A stretch of DNA of 63,453 bases, filler included, from Octopus bimaculoides (Eukaryota), in NCBI RefSeq assembly GCF_001194135.2. It is 6 parts of 6 records of this genome, joined end to end, with 100 filler letters (N's around TTAATTAATTAA, not from the genome) between each part and the next. Parts side by side here need not be neighbours in the genome. Positions count along the whole stretch, not along the records: positions 33,922 to 55,169 come from NC_069004.1; positions 55,270 to 58,320 come from NW_026392581.1; positions 58,421 to 61,437 come from NC_068981.1; positions 61,538 to 63,453 come from NW_026358476.1; 2 more parts are not named here. The stretch is one strand, 5' to 3'. The notes beneath the pieces were generated by a model. The model worked only from the letters and a program-made list of their open reading frames with translations. It made no database searches and was not told the DNA's origin. Made by a program: the position numbers and the translations under genes. Shown here piece after piece: positions 53,802 to 63,453 of this stretch (within the stretch, counting starts at the first letter, position 1; each line of letters begins with the position of its first letter).

Positions 53802-55011
53802 NNNNNNNNNNNNNNNNNNNNNNNNNNNNNNNNNNNNNNNNNNNNNNNNNNNNNNNNNNNNNNNNNNNNNNNNNNNNNNNNNNNNNNNNNNNNNNNNNNN
53901 NNNNNNNNNNNNNNNNNNNNNNNNNNNNNNNNNNNNNNNNNNNNNNNNNNNNNNNNNNNNNNNNNNNNNNNNNNNNNNNNNNNNNNNNNNNNNNNNNNNN
54001 NNNNNNNNNNNNNNNNNNNNNNNNNNNNNNNNNNNNNNNNNNNNNNNNNNNNNNNNNNNNNNNNNNNNNNNNNNNNNNNNNNNNNNNNNNNNNNNNNNNN
54101 NNNNNNNNNNNNNNNNNNNNNNNNNNNNNNNNNNNNNNNNNNNNNNNNNNNNNNNNNNNNNNNNNNNNNNNNNNNNNNNNNNNNNNNNNNNNNNNNNNNN
54201 NNNNNNNNNNNNNNNNNNNNNNNNNNNNNNNNNNNNNNNNNNNNNNNNNNNNNNNNNNNNNNNNNNNNNNNNNNNNNNNNNNNNNNNNNNNNNNNNNNNN
54301 NNNNNNNNNNNNNNNNNNNNNNNNNNNNNNNNNNNNNNNNNNNNNNNNNNNNNNNNNNNNNNNNNNNNNNNNNNNNNNNNNNNNNNNNNNNNNNNNNNNN
54401 NNNNNNNNNNNNNNNNNNNNNNNNNNNNNNNNNNNNNNNNATATATATATATATATATATATACATATGTATATACATACATATATATATATATATAGAT
54501 ATATATAGATATATATATCCTTACGTACACGCCATCTACACACACATATATATGTATGCATACATATATATAATCGTTAAAGGCAAGTTAAGCTGAAACA
54601 AAGGTAATTCATTTATTTCATTTATCCAGTTTCTAACTAACTGGCTTCATCATTCAGTAAATCTTGCTCCATCAAAGATTTCTTTACAAACATCAATGAT
54701 ACCGAAGATAAATAGCGGCAGCTTTGCAAACAGATCGTCTGACTTCTTCAGTTTATACAGACAAAGTTGAATTTCCTGAAGTAAAGCCGTACATTAACAG
54801 TTGCCCGTATCAAAACCTCAGGAGCAGATGCTATCTTTTCATAGATACATCTTTGCAAACTTCACCAATACTTCTGAATCATTCTTCAATTTATATATAC
54901 GTATATATGCAGGCATCTATGCATTTATATATGTATGTATGTAAGTAGTATGTATGTACGTATGTATGTATAAGTATCTATCAATAACCAGTCAATTAAC
55001 CAATTAGTCAG

Positions 55012-55074
<63 letters not shown>

Positions 55075-55339
55075 TCTATCAATCTATCTATCGCTATATC
55101 ATTTTCTCACTTTGTCTCTCTCTATCTTTCTTTCTTTCTCTCTCTATCTCATTATATATATATATATATNNNNNNNNNNNNNNNNNNNNNNNNNNNNNNN
55201 NNNNNNNNNNNNNTTAATTAATTAANNNNNNNNNNNNNNNNNNNNNNNNNNNNNNNNNNNNNNNNNNNNATATATATATATATATATCCACACACACACA
55301 TACACACACACACACACACGTACACACATATACATATAT

Positions 55340-55590
55340 ATATATTGTATAAAGGGTCGTGAAGGCCAGAACAATGCGAAGTAAAAGCAAAGCAAGTCAC
55401 AAGAAAACAAATATATGAATTAATGTAGACTTACTTTGCATTCAATTTGTTAATTTCTTGAGGATGGGATCATAACCTCGAAATATTGAATGCAAAGTCT
55501 ACATTAATTCATATATTTGTTTTCTTTCGATTTGCCTTGCTTTTACTTTGCATTGTTCTGGCCTTACCCAAAATCCTTTATACAATATAT
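55340..55590. repeat. Long inverted repeat/foldback MITE (about 105-bp arms)
   Basis: Left AAGGCCAGAACAATGCGAAGTAAAAGCAA...AATTAATGTAGACT...TTGCATTCAAT pairs with right ATTGAATGCAAAGTCTACATTAATT...TTGCTTTTACTTTGCATTGTTCTGGCCTT. Confidence 0.9.
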
Positions 55591-55888
55591 TCTACACAAT
55601 GCTTCATAGTAACTATTCCATTATAATATATATATATATATATAGATATATATAGATAGATAAAAAGAATAAATAGATACATACATACATACATATATAT
55701 ACAAATCTATATTCATATATATATACATATATGCATGTGTATGTAAGTGCAAATGCATATATAGGTATCTATATATGGGTGGTTTTGTATGAATGTGTGG
55801 ATATATGTATATACCTGTGTATGGATGTATATCTGTGCGCATGTATAAGTGTGTATGAGTACACATACATGTGTGTGCGTGCGCGTGC

Positions 55889-55973
<85 letters not shown>

Positions 55974-55997
55974 CACATATATGTTTATATATATATA

Positions 55998-56740
55998 CAG
56001 TGTGCAGTGAATAAATTGTCAACTGAATTACGCAAAAATGAAAATAACTCTGCAATCTCATTTTAACAGTTATTTTTAACAGATATATTTACCAAAATTA
56101 CATAAAAATATCTTAAAACACTAAAGAGTGAATTTATTCAATAAAATCGCCTTTGGTTTCAAACACAGCCTCCTGCAACTTTTCTGGATGGCCCCTTTGT
56201 TTAATATGGAAAATGCTGCCATAATCCTTGCCTTCATCTCTGGTGTTCCAAGGAGTTTTATGGGTCTCTTAGTCAACTGTGCCCCACACATAATAATCAA
56301 GGGGGTTGCAATCTGGGGAGTCACGTAGCCAGATGTGGGGGGGGGTGATGTGCTCACAGAAATTGTCTGACAGCCATGACTCGGTTCTCCTGCTTGTGTG
56401 GCATGGTGCAGAGTCCAGTTGCCAGACACAGGCAGCCACCCTCTTGACCCGGGACAGCACTACTTCTTCCATGCACTTGATGTAGGCCTCCGTGTTGAGT
56501 CTGAGACTGTGTAGGAAGATGAATGGAGGCATAACATCGCTATCACTAGTGATCACTCCAAACACCATGATGTTGACTGGATGTTTGATTTTTATCACTC
56601 TCGGTACATGTACTGTCCTCAGATTGACACCCAAACACTCTGAAATGTTCAAATTGAATCCTCCAGCGTGAATGCCAAGCAGTACAGCATGTCATTATTC
56701 AAATTCCCATATACACACATGTTCAACAGATAAGTATACA
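55998..56740 (-). mobile_element. Internally deleted Tc1/mariner element of DD37D (maT)-like type
   Basis: HPVNIMVFGVITSDSDVMPPFIF...WQLDSAPCHTSRRT...SPDCNPLDYYVWG; D-to-D spacing counted as 38 in this copy. TA|CAGTGTGCAGTG terminus at 55998; a possible degenerate other TIR near 57005-57045. Confidence 0.9.
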
Positions 56741-57183
56741 GGCAGAGAGAGAGAGAGAGAGAGTCAGAGTCAGAGAGAGAGACAGACAGACAGACAGAGC
56801 AAGAGAGAGAGAGAGTGTGTGTACTTGTGCGTGTGCATGCACATGTGCTGGAGAGCAGGTGGAGGGTTACAGGGAGTGAGACACTGGGGAGAAAGAGTAA
56901 TAGAGAAATTAGTCAATTGCAGATTAAATCAAAGAGTATAAGAGTGGAGAGGCTTCAATGTTTCAGGATTGTAAATATAAAGAAAAAAACAGAATTTACT
57001 TCTCTTCGTAAAATTTCAGTTGATTGAAAAATTCATTTCAAGCACAGAGACTAAAAAGACTTGGAGCTTAAAAAGATTTATGTATAAAGACATGTGTAGT
57101 TAATTAACTAATTAACTAAATAATCAATTACGTATTCAATAACTGCATTCCTGGAAATCTAGATATATATGTCACACACCTTT

Positions 57184-57360
57184 CTGTTTATATATAAGAA
57201 ATAATGCAGCATGAGGAGTTGGTTAGTGTAAACAAAGTCGTTCTTACCTCAATTGTTCACTTTCAACAGATCTGTTTATACATAAGAAAATAATGTCGCA
57301 TGAGAAGTTGATTAGTGAAAACAAATTCGTTCTTACGTCAGTTGTCTGCTTTCAACAAAT
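57184..57360. repeat. Tandem duplication of an about 88-bp unit
   Basis: CTGTTTATA.ATAAGAAA.TAATG..GCATGAG.AGTTG.TTAGTG.AAACAAA.TCGTTCTTAC.TCA...CTTTCAACA.AT occurs twice. Confidence 0.85.
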
Positions 57361-57391
57361 CGTCATAACGAAAAGACAAAAAAATCATATG

Positions 57392-57603
57392 AAGTAATCC
57401 CTTCACCATATCGCGGTTCACCTATCATGGTTTGTTATTTAAGCTTACGTCGATTCCTCCATTGTGTTGTTTTGCATTTATAATAGAACAAATATATAAA
57501 AATTATAGAAATAATTTTTTTAAATATACAGTACAGTACTGTTTCTACTTCACGGATTTCCACCCATCGGAATATAACACCCGTGATAGTTGAGGGATTA
57601 CTG
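57392..57603. mobile_element. Tigger/pogo-like MITE
   Basis: AGTAATCCCT... and ...AGGGATTACTG|TA terminal inverted repeats. Confidence 0.55.
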
Positions 57604-58004
57604 TATATATATTTTTGCCTCCACTTAATATGTAAGAGAATTGGACTTTATACTGTCTAAGTAGGGAAGTTTCGATTGTTAGTGTAATTATTCACAGGGA
57701 TTTTGCCACACACAGATGATTTACAAGTTTTTATGTAAAGAAACACAAACTTTGCAATTTTCATTTTTCTACAGAAATTGAGAAACATCAATACATGAGA
57801 GAGTGAAAAGGGAGGGTGGTTTGGGTTGTGCTACAAACAACAGCAAAACCTCCCTTGAATTGGTCATTGTTTTTTCTGAAAATATTTATGGTTTGCTTTG
57901 TTTTTTTAGTTTTTTTACTGAAAAGGTTCCTCCCATAGTTTTTAAGTTGAAAAAGAAAATGGCCAAAATAAGTCCTGATAGTTATTATTGTAAGGATTAT
58001 AGCA

Positions 58005-58320
58005 TTGTTGTTGTTGGCACTGCGTCACTTACGACGTCAAGGGTTCCAGTTGATCCGATCAACGGAACAGCCTGCTCGTGAAATTAATGTGCAAGTGGCT
58101 GAGCACTCCACAGACACGTGTACCCTTAACGTAGTTCTCGGGGATATTCAGCGTGACACAGTGTGACAAGGCTGACCCTTTGAATTACAGGCACAACAGA
58201 AACAGGAAGTAAGAGTGAGAGAAAGTTGTGGTGAAAGACTACAGCAGGGTTCGCCATCATCGCCTGCCGGAGCTTCATGGAGTTTTAGGTGTTTTCGCTC
58301 AATAAACACTCACAACTCCC
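58005..58320 (-). mobile_element. SINE of the 14596-14984 family, 5' part lost in an assembly join
   Basis: High identity to 14596-14910. Confidence 0.9.
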
Positions 58321-59350
58321 NNNNNNNNNNNNNNNNNNNNNNNNNNNNNNNNNNNNNNNNNNNNTTAATTAATTAANNNNNNNNNNNNNNNNNNNNNNNN
58401 NNNNNNNNNNNNNNNNNNNNTTGCATTCTTTTGCCTTTTCCTTTCTTTTCTTCTTTTCCTTTCATCTTTTTAGGGCATTCTTTGTTGGTGTGTGTGTGTG
58501 TGTGTGCGTGTGTATGCAAATATAGATATATATATATATATATATATATGTTTGTGTGAATATGTGTGTTATGTGAGTGTGTGTGTGTACGTATGTGTGT
58601 ACGTGTGCGTGAGTGTATATAAGTTTGTTTTACTATGTGTTATCTATGTGTGCGTGTGTGTGTGTCTGTATGTATATGTATACATGTGTGTGTGACTATG
58701 TATGTTTGTGTGTATNNNNNNNNNNNNNNNNNNNNNNNNNNNNNNNNNNNNNNNNNNNNNNNNNNNNNNNNNNNNNNNNNNNNNNNNNNNNNNNNNNNNN
58801 NNNNNNNNNNNNNNNNNNNNNNNNNNNNNNNNNNNNNNNNNNNNNNNNNNNNNNNNNNNNNNNNNNNNNNNNNNNNNNNNNNNNNNNNNNNNNNNNNNNN
58901 NNNNNNNNNNNNNNNNNNNNNNNNNNNNNNNNNNNNNNNNNNNNNNNNNNNNNNNNNNNNNNNNNNNNNNNNNNNNNNNNNNNNNNNNNNNNNNNNNNNN
59001 NNNNNNNNNNNNNNNNNNNNNNNNNNNNNNNNNNNNNNNNNNNNNNNNNNNNNNNNNNNNNNNNNNNNNNNNNNNNNNNNNNNNNNNNNNNNNNNNNNNN
59101 NNNNNNNNNNNNNNNNNNNNNNNNNNNNNNNNNNNNNNNNNNNNNNNNNNNNNNNNNNNNNNNNNNNNNNNNNNNNNNNNNNNNNNNNNNNNNNNNNNNN
59201 NNNNNNNNNNNNNNNNNNNNNNNNNNNNNNNNNNNNNNNNNNNNNNNNNNNNNNNNNNNNNNNNNNNNNNNNNNNNNNNNNNNNNNNNNNNNNNNNNNNN
59301 NNNNNNNNNNNNNNNNNNNNNNNNNNNNNNNNNNNNNNNNNNNTGCGTGC

Positions 59351-59391
<41 letters not shown>

Positions 59392-59820
59392 TATTTGTCA
59401 CTCTTTCTCCTTTACTGTCTGGCCTCCTCCACTGACCCTGGTCCAACAACTAGTTGGTGATCTCAGCCAAATGCTGAAACGTCCTTTTCTATCTGTCATT
59501 ATGACAGGCTTCTTTCAGTTTCCATTTATCAAATCCACTCACAAGACTTTTGGTCTGCTCAAGGCTATGGTGGAAGACACTTGCCCAAGGTGTCACACAG
59601 TGAAACTGAACTTGGAACCATGCGGTTGGGAAACAAACTTCTTACCACACAGCTACATCAACACACACACACACACACACACACACACCAAATCACACAA
59701 AAGACTCTAACCTGAACTGGGCGTGTATGTGTTGTAGTTCAGTTGAGAACAATGAGAAAGTATTTCTGTCAGAGTGTGTGGGTTGCCTTTTCATAAGTTG
59801 TTGTATTTAGGTCGACTTAC

Positions 59821-59879
59821 CTCTAGATCCACACGACTGAGTGGAAGTGATTGTGGGAGTGAGTCTGCTCCATGCTTCA
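59821..59879 (-). CDS. Candidate exon of an unidentified - strand gene (EAWSRLTPTITSTQSCGSR)
   Basis: ATTATTTGTTTCAG| ... GAG|GTAAGT; 59 nt, open in two frames. Confidence 0.35.
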
Positions 59880-60855
59880 CTGAAACAAATAATCTTTGAC
59901 TTTGATAAACCATTACATTGGCTTTTGTTGTTGTGCAAGTGTGGGTGTGTGCTAAAAGTTTGCTTCACACCCTATGGCACAGCACTACTCCAAAGCTTTG
60001 TGAATGGATTTGGTAGATGGAAACTGAAAGAAGCCCATGACATGTATATATGAATATGTATATGCATATGTGTGTATGTATATATATACACACACACATG
60101 CATGCACACACACACACACACACGCACACACACACACATACATATAGGTGCAGGTGTGGCCAAGAGGTAAGAAGTTCACTTCCTAACCACATGGTTCCAT
60201 GTTCAGTCCCACTGCATGGTACCTTAGGCTGTTTTCCACTATAGCACCAGGCCAAGCAAAGCTTTGTGAGTAGATGTAGCAGACGGAAACTGAAAGAAGC
60301 TCATCATATGTATATATATATATATATATATATAAATGTGTGTTCTTTTATCTTTTCCTTTTACTTGTTTCAGTGATTACACTGTGGCCATGCTGGGGTA
60401 CCACCTTGAAGAACTTTAGTTGAATGAATCAACCTCAGTTCTTATGCTTTTTTAAACCCAGTACTTATTCTGTCAATATCTTTTGCCAAACTGCTAAGTT
60501 ATGGGGATATAAGCATACCAACAGCAGTAGTCAGGTTGGTGGGAGACAGACACAGACACAAAGAGGAGGAGGAGGAGGGTGCATACCTCCAACTTTTCAA
60601 AATTAAAGATTCTTGATTTTTTACTTAGCACGGTTGCTCCCAAAATGCACAAACACACACATGCACATTCTGATGTTCCTGCAATTCTAACTTTCTTCTG
60701 AAAAAGGTCCCTCATCCCTGACATTTAAGGGTTCATAGAGACAACAGTTTAGGGCTGAATCATTTTCTGGCCACAACCTGTGTCCCTTTCTCCACCCCCA
60801 CCTCTGATTCTGTGCCTGTCTATTTACTTAGCTCTTCGTTTTCTTATTTCTTCAG

Positions 60856-61065
60856 ATTGGTTCACTGCAAATACTGAAAGAGATCTCCGATAACCCTCAA
60901 GTACGGCGCTCCATTGCTGACTTGGGAGGTCTCCAAACCATGGTGAATATTCTTCAAGAACACAACAAGGACCTGAAGTGTTTGGCAGCTGAAACTATTG
61001 CTAATGTCGCCAAATTCCAAAGGGCTCGGCGGACTGTCCGTAAGCATGGAGGCATCAAACAATTG
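60856..61065 (+). CDS. ARMC4: Armadillo-repeat exon of ARMC4/ODAD2 (outer dynein arm docking complex subunit 2)
   Basis: TTCTTATTTCTTCAG| ... TTG|GTACGT. 210 nt, phase 0-0, encoding [70 protein letters not shown]. Matches, from memory, human IGSLKILKEISHNPQIR...[31 protein letters not shown]. Confidence 0.95.
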
Positions 61066-61199
61066 GTACGTTAATTAAAACATGCTTTTGTTGTTGCTGT
61101 TGTTGTTACTGTCGATGATGTTGCTCTTGTTGTTGTCATTGTTGTTGGTGGCTGTGGCATTGTTGTTGTTGATTTCTAAATCCCTGGTTCACACACTTA

Positions 61200-61437
61200 G
61201 CAACAATGTATGTGCCACATACAACACTTCATTCACTGCATACAGTTCTCAGGATACAGCCATAGAGAAAGGATCAGAGTATATAAAGGAGCCATGAGGA
61301 AATTTGAAACTCTCATACGTAACAATGGGAATGGGATTTGCCCACTCTATAGAAGCAAGTCATGGAACACTATTGAAAGGACTAAGAAAAAAATAGGGAA
61401 GGCCAACTCATAGTATGATAGCCACAAATACCAGAGT
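61200..61437 (+). mobile_element. Penelope-like element fragment (post-RT domain)
   Basis: QFSGYSHRERIRVYKGAMRKFETLIRNNGNGICPLYRSKSWNTIERTKKK matches the SGY...R......A...Y.......G.RPLYR.R.W...ER pattern. Confidence 0.65.
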
Positions 61438-62574
61438 NNNNNNNNNNNNNNNNNNNNNNNNNNNNNNNNNNNNNNNNNNNNTTAATTAATTAANNNNNNN
61501 NNNNNNNNNNNNNNNNNNNNNNNNNNNNNNNNNNNNNCATGCACACACGCAGGCACATATCCATACACACACACGCATGCATGCACATGCATAATCATAT
61601 GCATACACACAAGTATGCAAATTCACACACACACACACACACAACCACCACACATACACCACCAACACCACCACTTCCCCCTCCTCTCTTCTTAGCATGA
61701 TCATTTCCAAAGTGAAATATCTAACAAAAATATTATTTACATGAACACTGACTTATGGACCCTGGTTGAGAACCAATGCTTAAGAGGAACCCCATTTCAG
61801 CCACTTGTGTTCATGATTGTACTTTTTCAGTTATTATCCAACATTAATGACCACTGATGTAGATAGGCATTGTTGGATAACATCATCTAAGACACTATTG
61901 TCCAAATATATGAGGGGATGGTCATGTCTGTAATACCATGATGAGGCTAAAGCAACAACAGCTAATGAAACATGACTGACATCACANNNNNNNNNNNNNN
62001 NNNNNNNNNNNNNNNNNNNNNNNNNNNNNNNNNNNNNNNNNNNNNNNNNNNNNNNNNNNNNNNNNNNNNNNNNNNNNNNNNNNNNNNNNNNNNNNNNNNN
62101 NNNNNNNNNNNNNNNNNNNNNNNNNNNNNNNNNNNNNNNNNNNNNNNNNNNNNNNNNNNNNNNNNNNNNNNNNNNNNNNNNNNNNNNNNNNNNNNNNNNN
62201 NNNNNNNNNNNNNNNNNNNNNNNNNNNNNNNNNNNNNNNNNNNNNNNNNNNNNNNNNNNNNNNNNNNNNNNNNNNNNNNNNNNNNNNNNNNNNNNNNNNN
62301 NNNNNNNNNNNNNNNNNNNNNNNNNNNNNNNNNNNNNNNNNNNNNNNNNNNNNNNNNNNNNNNNNNNNNNNNNNNNNNNNNNNNNNNNNNNNNNNNNNNN
62401 NNNNNNNNNNNNNNNNNNNNNNNNNNNNNNNNNNNNNNNNNNNNNNNNNNNNNNNNNNNNNNNNNNNNNNNNNNNNNNNNNNNNNNNNNNNNNNNNNNNN
62501 NNNNNNNNNNNNNNNNNNNNNNNNNNNNNNNNNNNNNNNNNNNNNNNNNNNNNNAGTTGATCTGAGGATACACA

Positions 62575-62950
62575 ACCAACAAATTAATATTATTAGAAAT
62601 AGTAGCTAAATATTCCTTAAAATTTACTGCCTTAAAAGAAGGAAAGTTTGTTAATCTCCGTTGGAAGTCATTTTAATCCTAAATCAATCCCAACAGAGCT
62701 AAACACCAGTCAATAAACTCAAAAGTTTGTTATTTTCTTAAACCCAATTCAAATTGTTGACTACCTTCAACTTGATCATCCAATGTGTCCTTACTCGCAA
62801 TTTGGGTGAACAAATGTGGTAGTTGAGAGCTAGGCCTTTTATTGTTATTCTGAATTTTTTTGCGAATCTGTCCATTAGTTTTCCTGTAATTGTTAGCCTT
62901 GAGCTGTATATGTAACTATTTATTTCTTGTTCAGAAGCCCAGGGACACAG
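62575..62950 (-). mobile_element. Decayed L2/CR1-like LINE 3' end
   Basis: *LPTEI...F...EYL remnant resembling WN.LP.EI....S...FK..LK.YL. Confidence 0.35.
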
Positions 62951-63112
62951 AGACTTATGCCTGACAAGGTTATAATGTTTTAAGGGAAGTTTAACTGTCA
63001 ACTTTAGTAAGTTGTATGACAACACTAAGGCTTCCTAAAGGTCTTGTAGGTGATCAAATTGTTGTTTGTGATGATAATGAATACACATCCACACAGACAT
63101 GTTAATACATAC

Positions 63113-63239
63113 TTTCCTTCAAATTGGATTGTGACTTCTGCATTACGTGGTTTTGGTGCGTGACGGAGATGACGGGTCACTTGAAGTTCTGGGATTTCTA
63201 GGTAGACTTTGACAGTGGACAGATTAAGTTCTGAAGCAG
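63113..63239 (-). CDS. Candidate coding exon of an unidentified - strand gene, CS/p23-domain-like
   Basis: AAATTTTCTCTCATTACAG| ... GGAAA|GTATGT. 127 nt with only one open frame: ASELNLSTVKVYLEIPELQVTRHLRHAPKPRNAEVTIQFEG. GC higher than the flanks. Confidence 0.55.
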
Positions 63240-63453
63240 CTGTAATGAGAGAAAATTTTAAACAAGTGAGAAGGACTGACATTTTTGTAATTAAGGTTCT
63301 AGACATGTACACACACCCCTCAAGATGGTGTCACAGCATGGTCACAGTTCAGCAACTGAAAGAAGTGGAAGGTAAAAAGATAAACTGTTTTTTCTCTAAG
63401 TTAACAGCAAGACACCAGTTTCTGTCTCCATATCCATATCACCGGACTAGCCG

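Noticed and set aside
54630-54948. Faint resemblance to the ARMC4 N-terminal YT..EF...PW.Q.R..CY region
   Set aside because: Needs a frameshift, lacks the APPWRQ core, and has a stop at 54709.
61082-61297. Poly-Leu 'signal peptide' ORF
   Set aside because: Intronic (TTG)n microsatellite just after the ARMC4 donor.
62738-63025. 95-aa - strand ORF as the next exon after 63113
   Set aside because: Contiguous with an L2/CR1-like 3' remnant; acceptors are weak or ambiguous.

Overview
AT-rich eukaryotic draft-assembly sequence, saturated with microsatellites and transposon debris. The SINE/RTE families and repeat content suggest a coleoid cephalopod, most likely Octopus (inference). Two host genes are recognisable. 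(1) TMED10/p24-delta on the - strand, with four coding exons at 31047-30865, 22046-21926, 20869-20799 and 18821-18695 that splice in frame; the final TM/KKxx exon is not visible. (2) One 210-nt exon of ARMC4/ODAD2 on the + strand (60856-61065); none of its upstream exons were found. The rest is R4/Dong-like, RTE, Penelope-like, L1/Tx1-like, Helitron, Tc1/mariner and hAT/MITE remnants, three tRNA-derived SINE families, possible solo LTRs and several long hairpins. The most interesting unexplained signal is a set of well-formed - strand exons (63239-63113, 59879-59821) flanking the ARMC4 exon, with CS/p23-domain-like peptide features. There are many N gaps, and five artificial 44N-TTAATTAATTAA-44N joins make order and orientation across them uncertain. 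No CRISPR array, rRNA or true tRNA gene was seen. Family assignments come from motif recognition by eye; no database searches were run.
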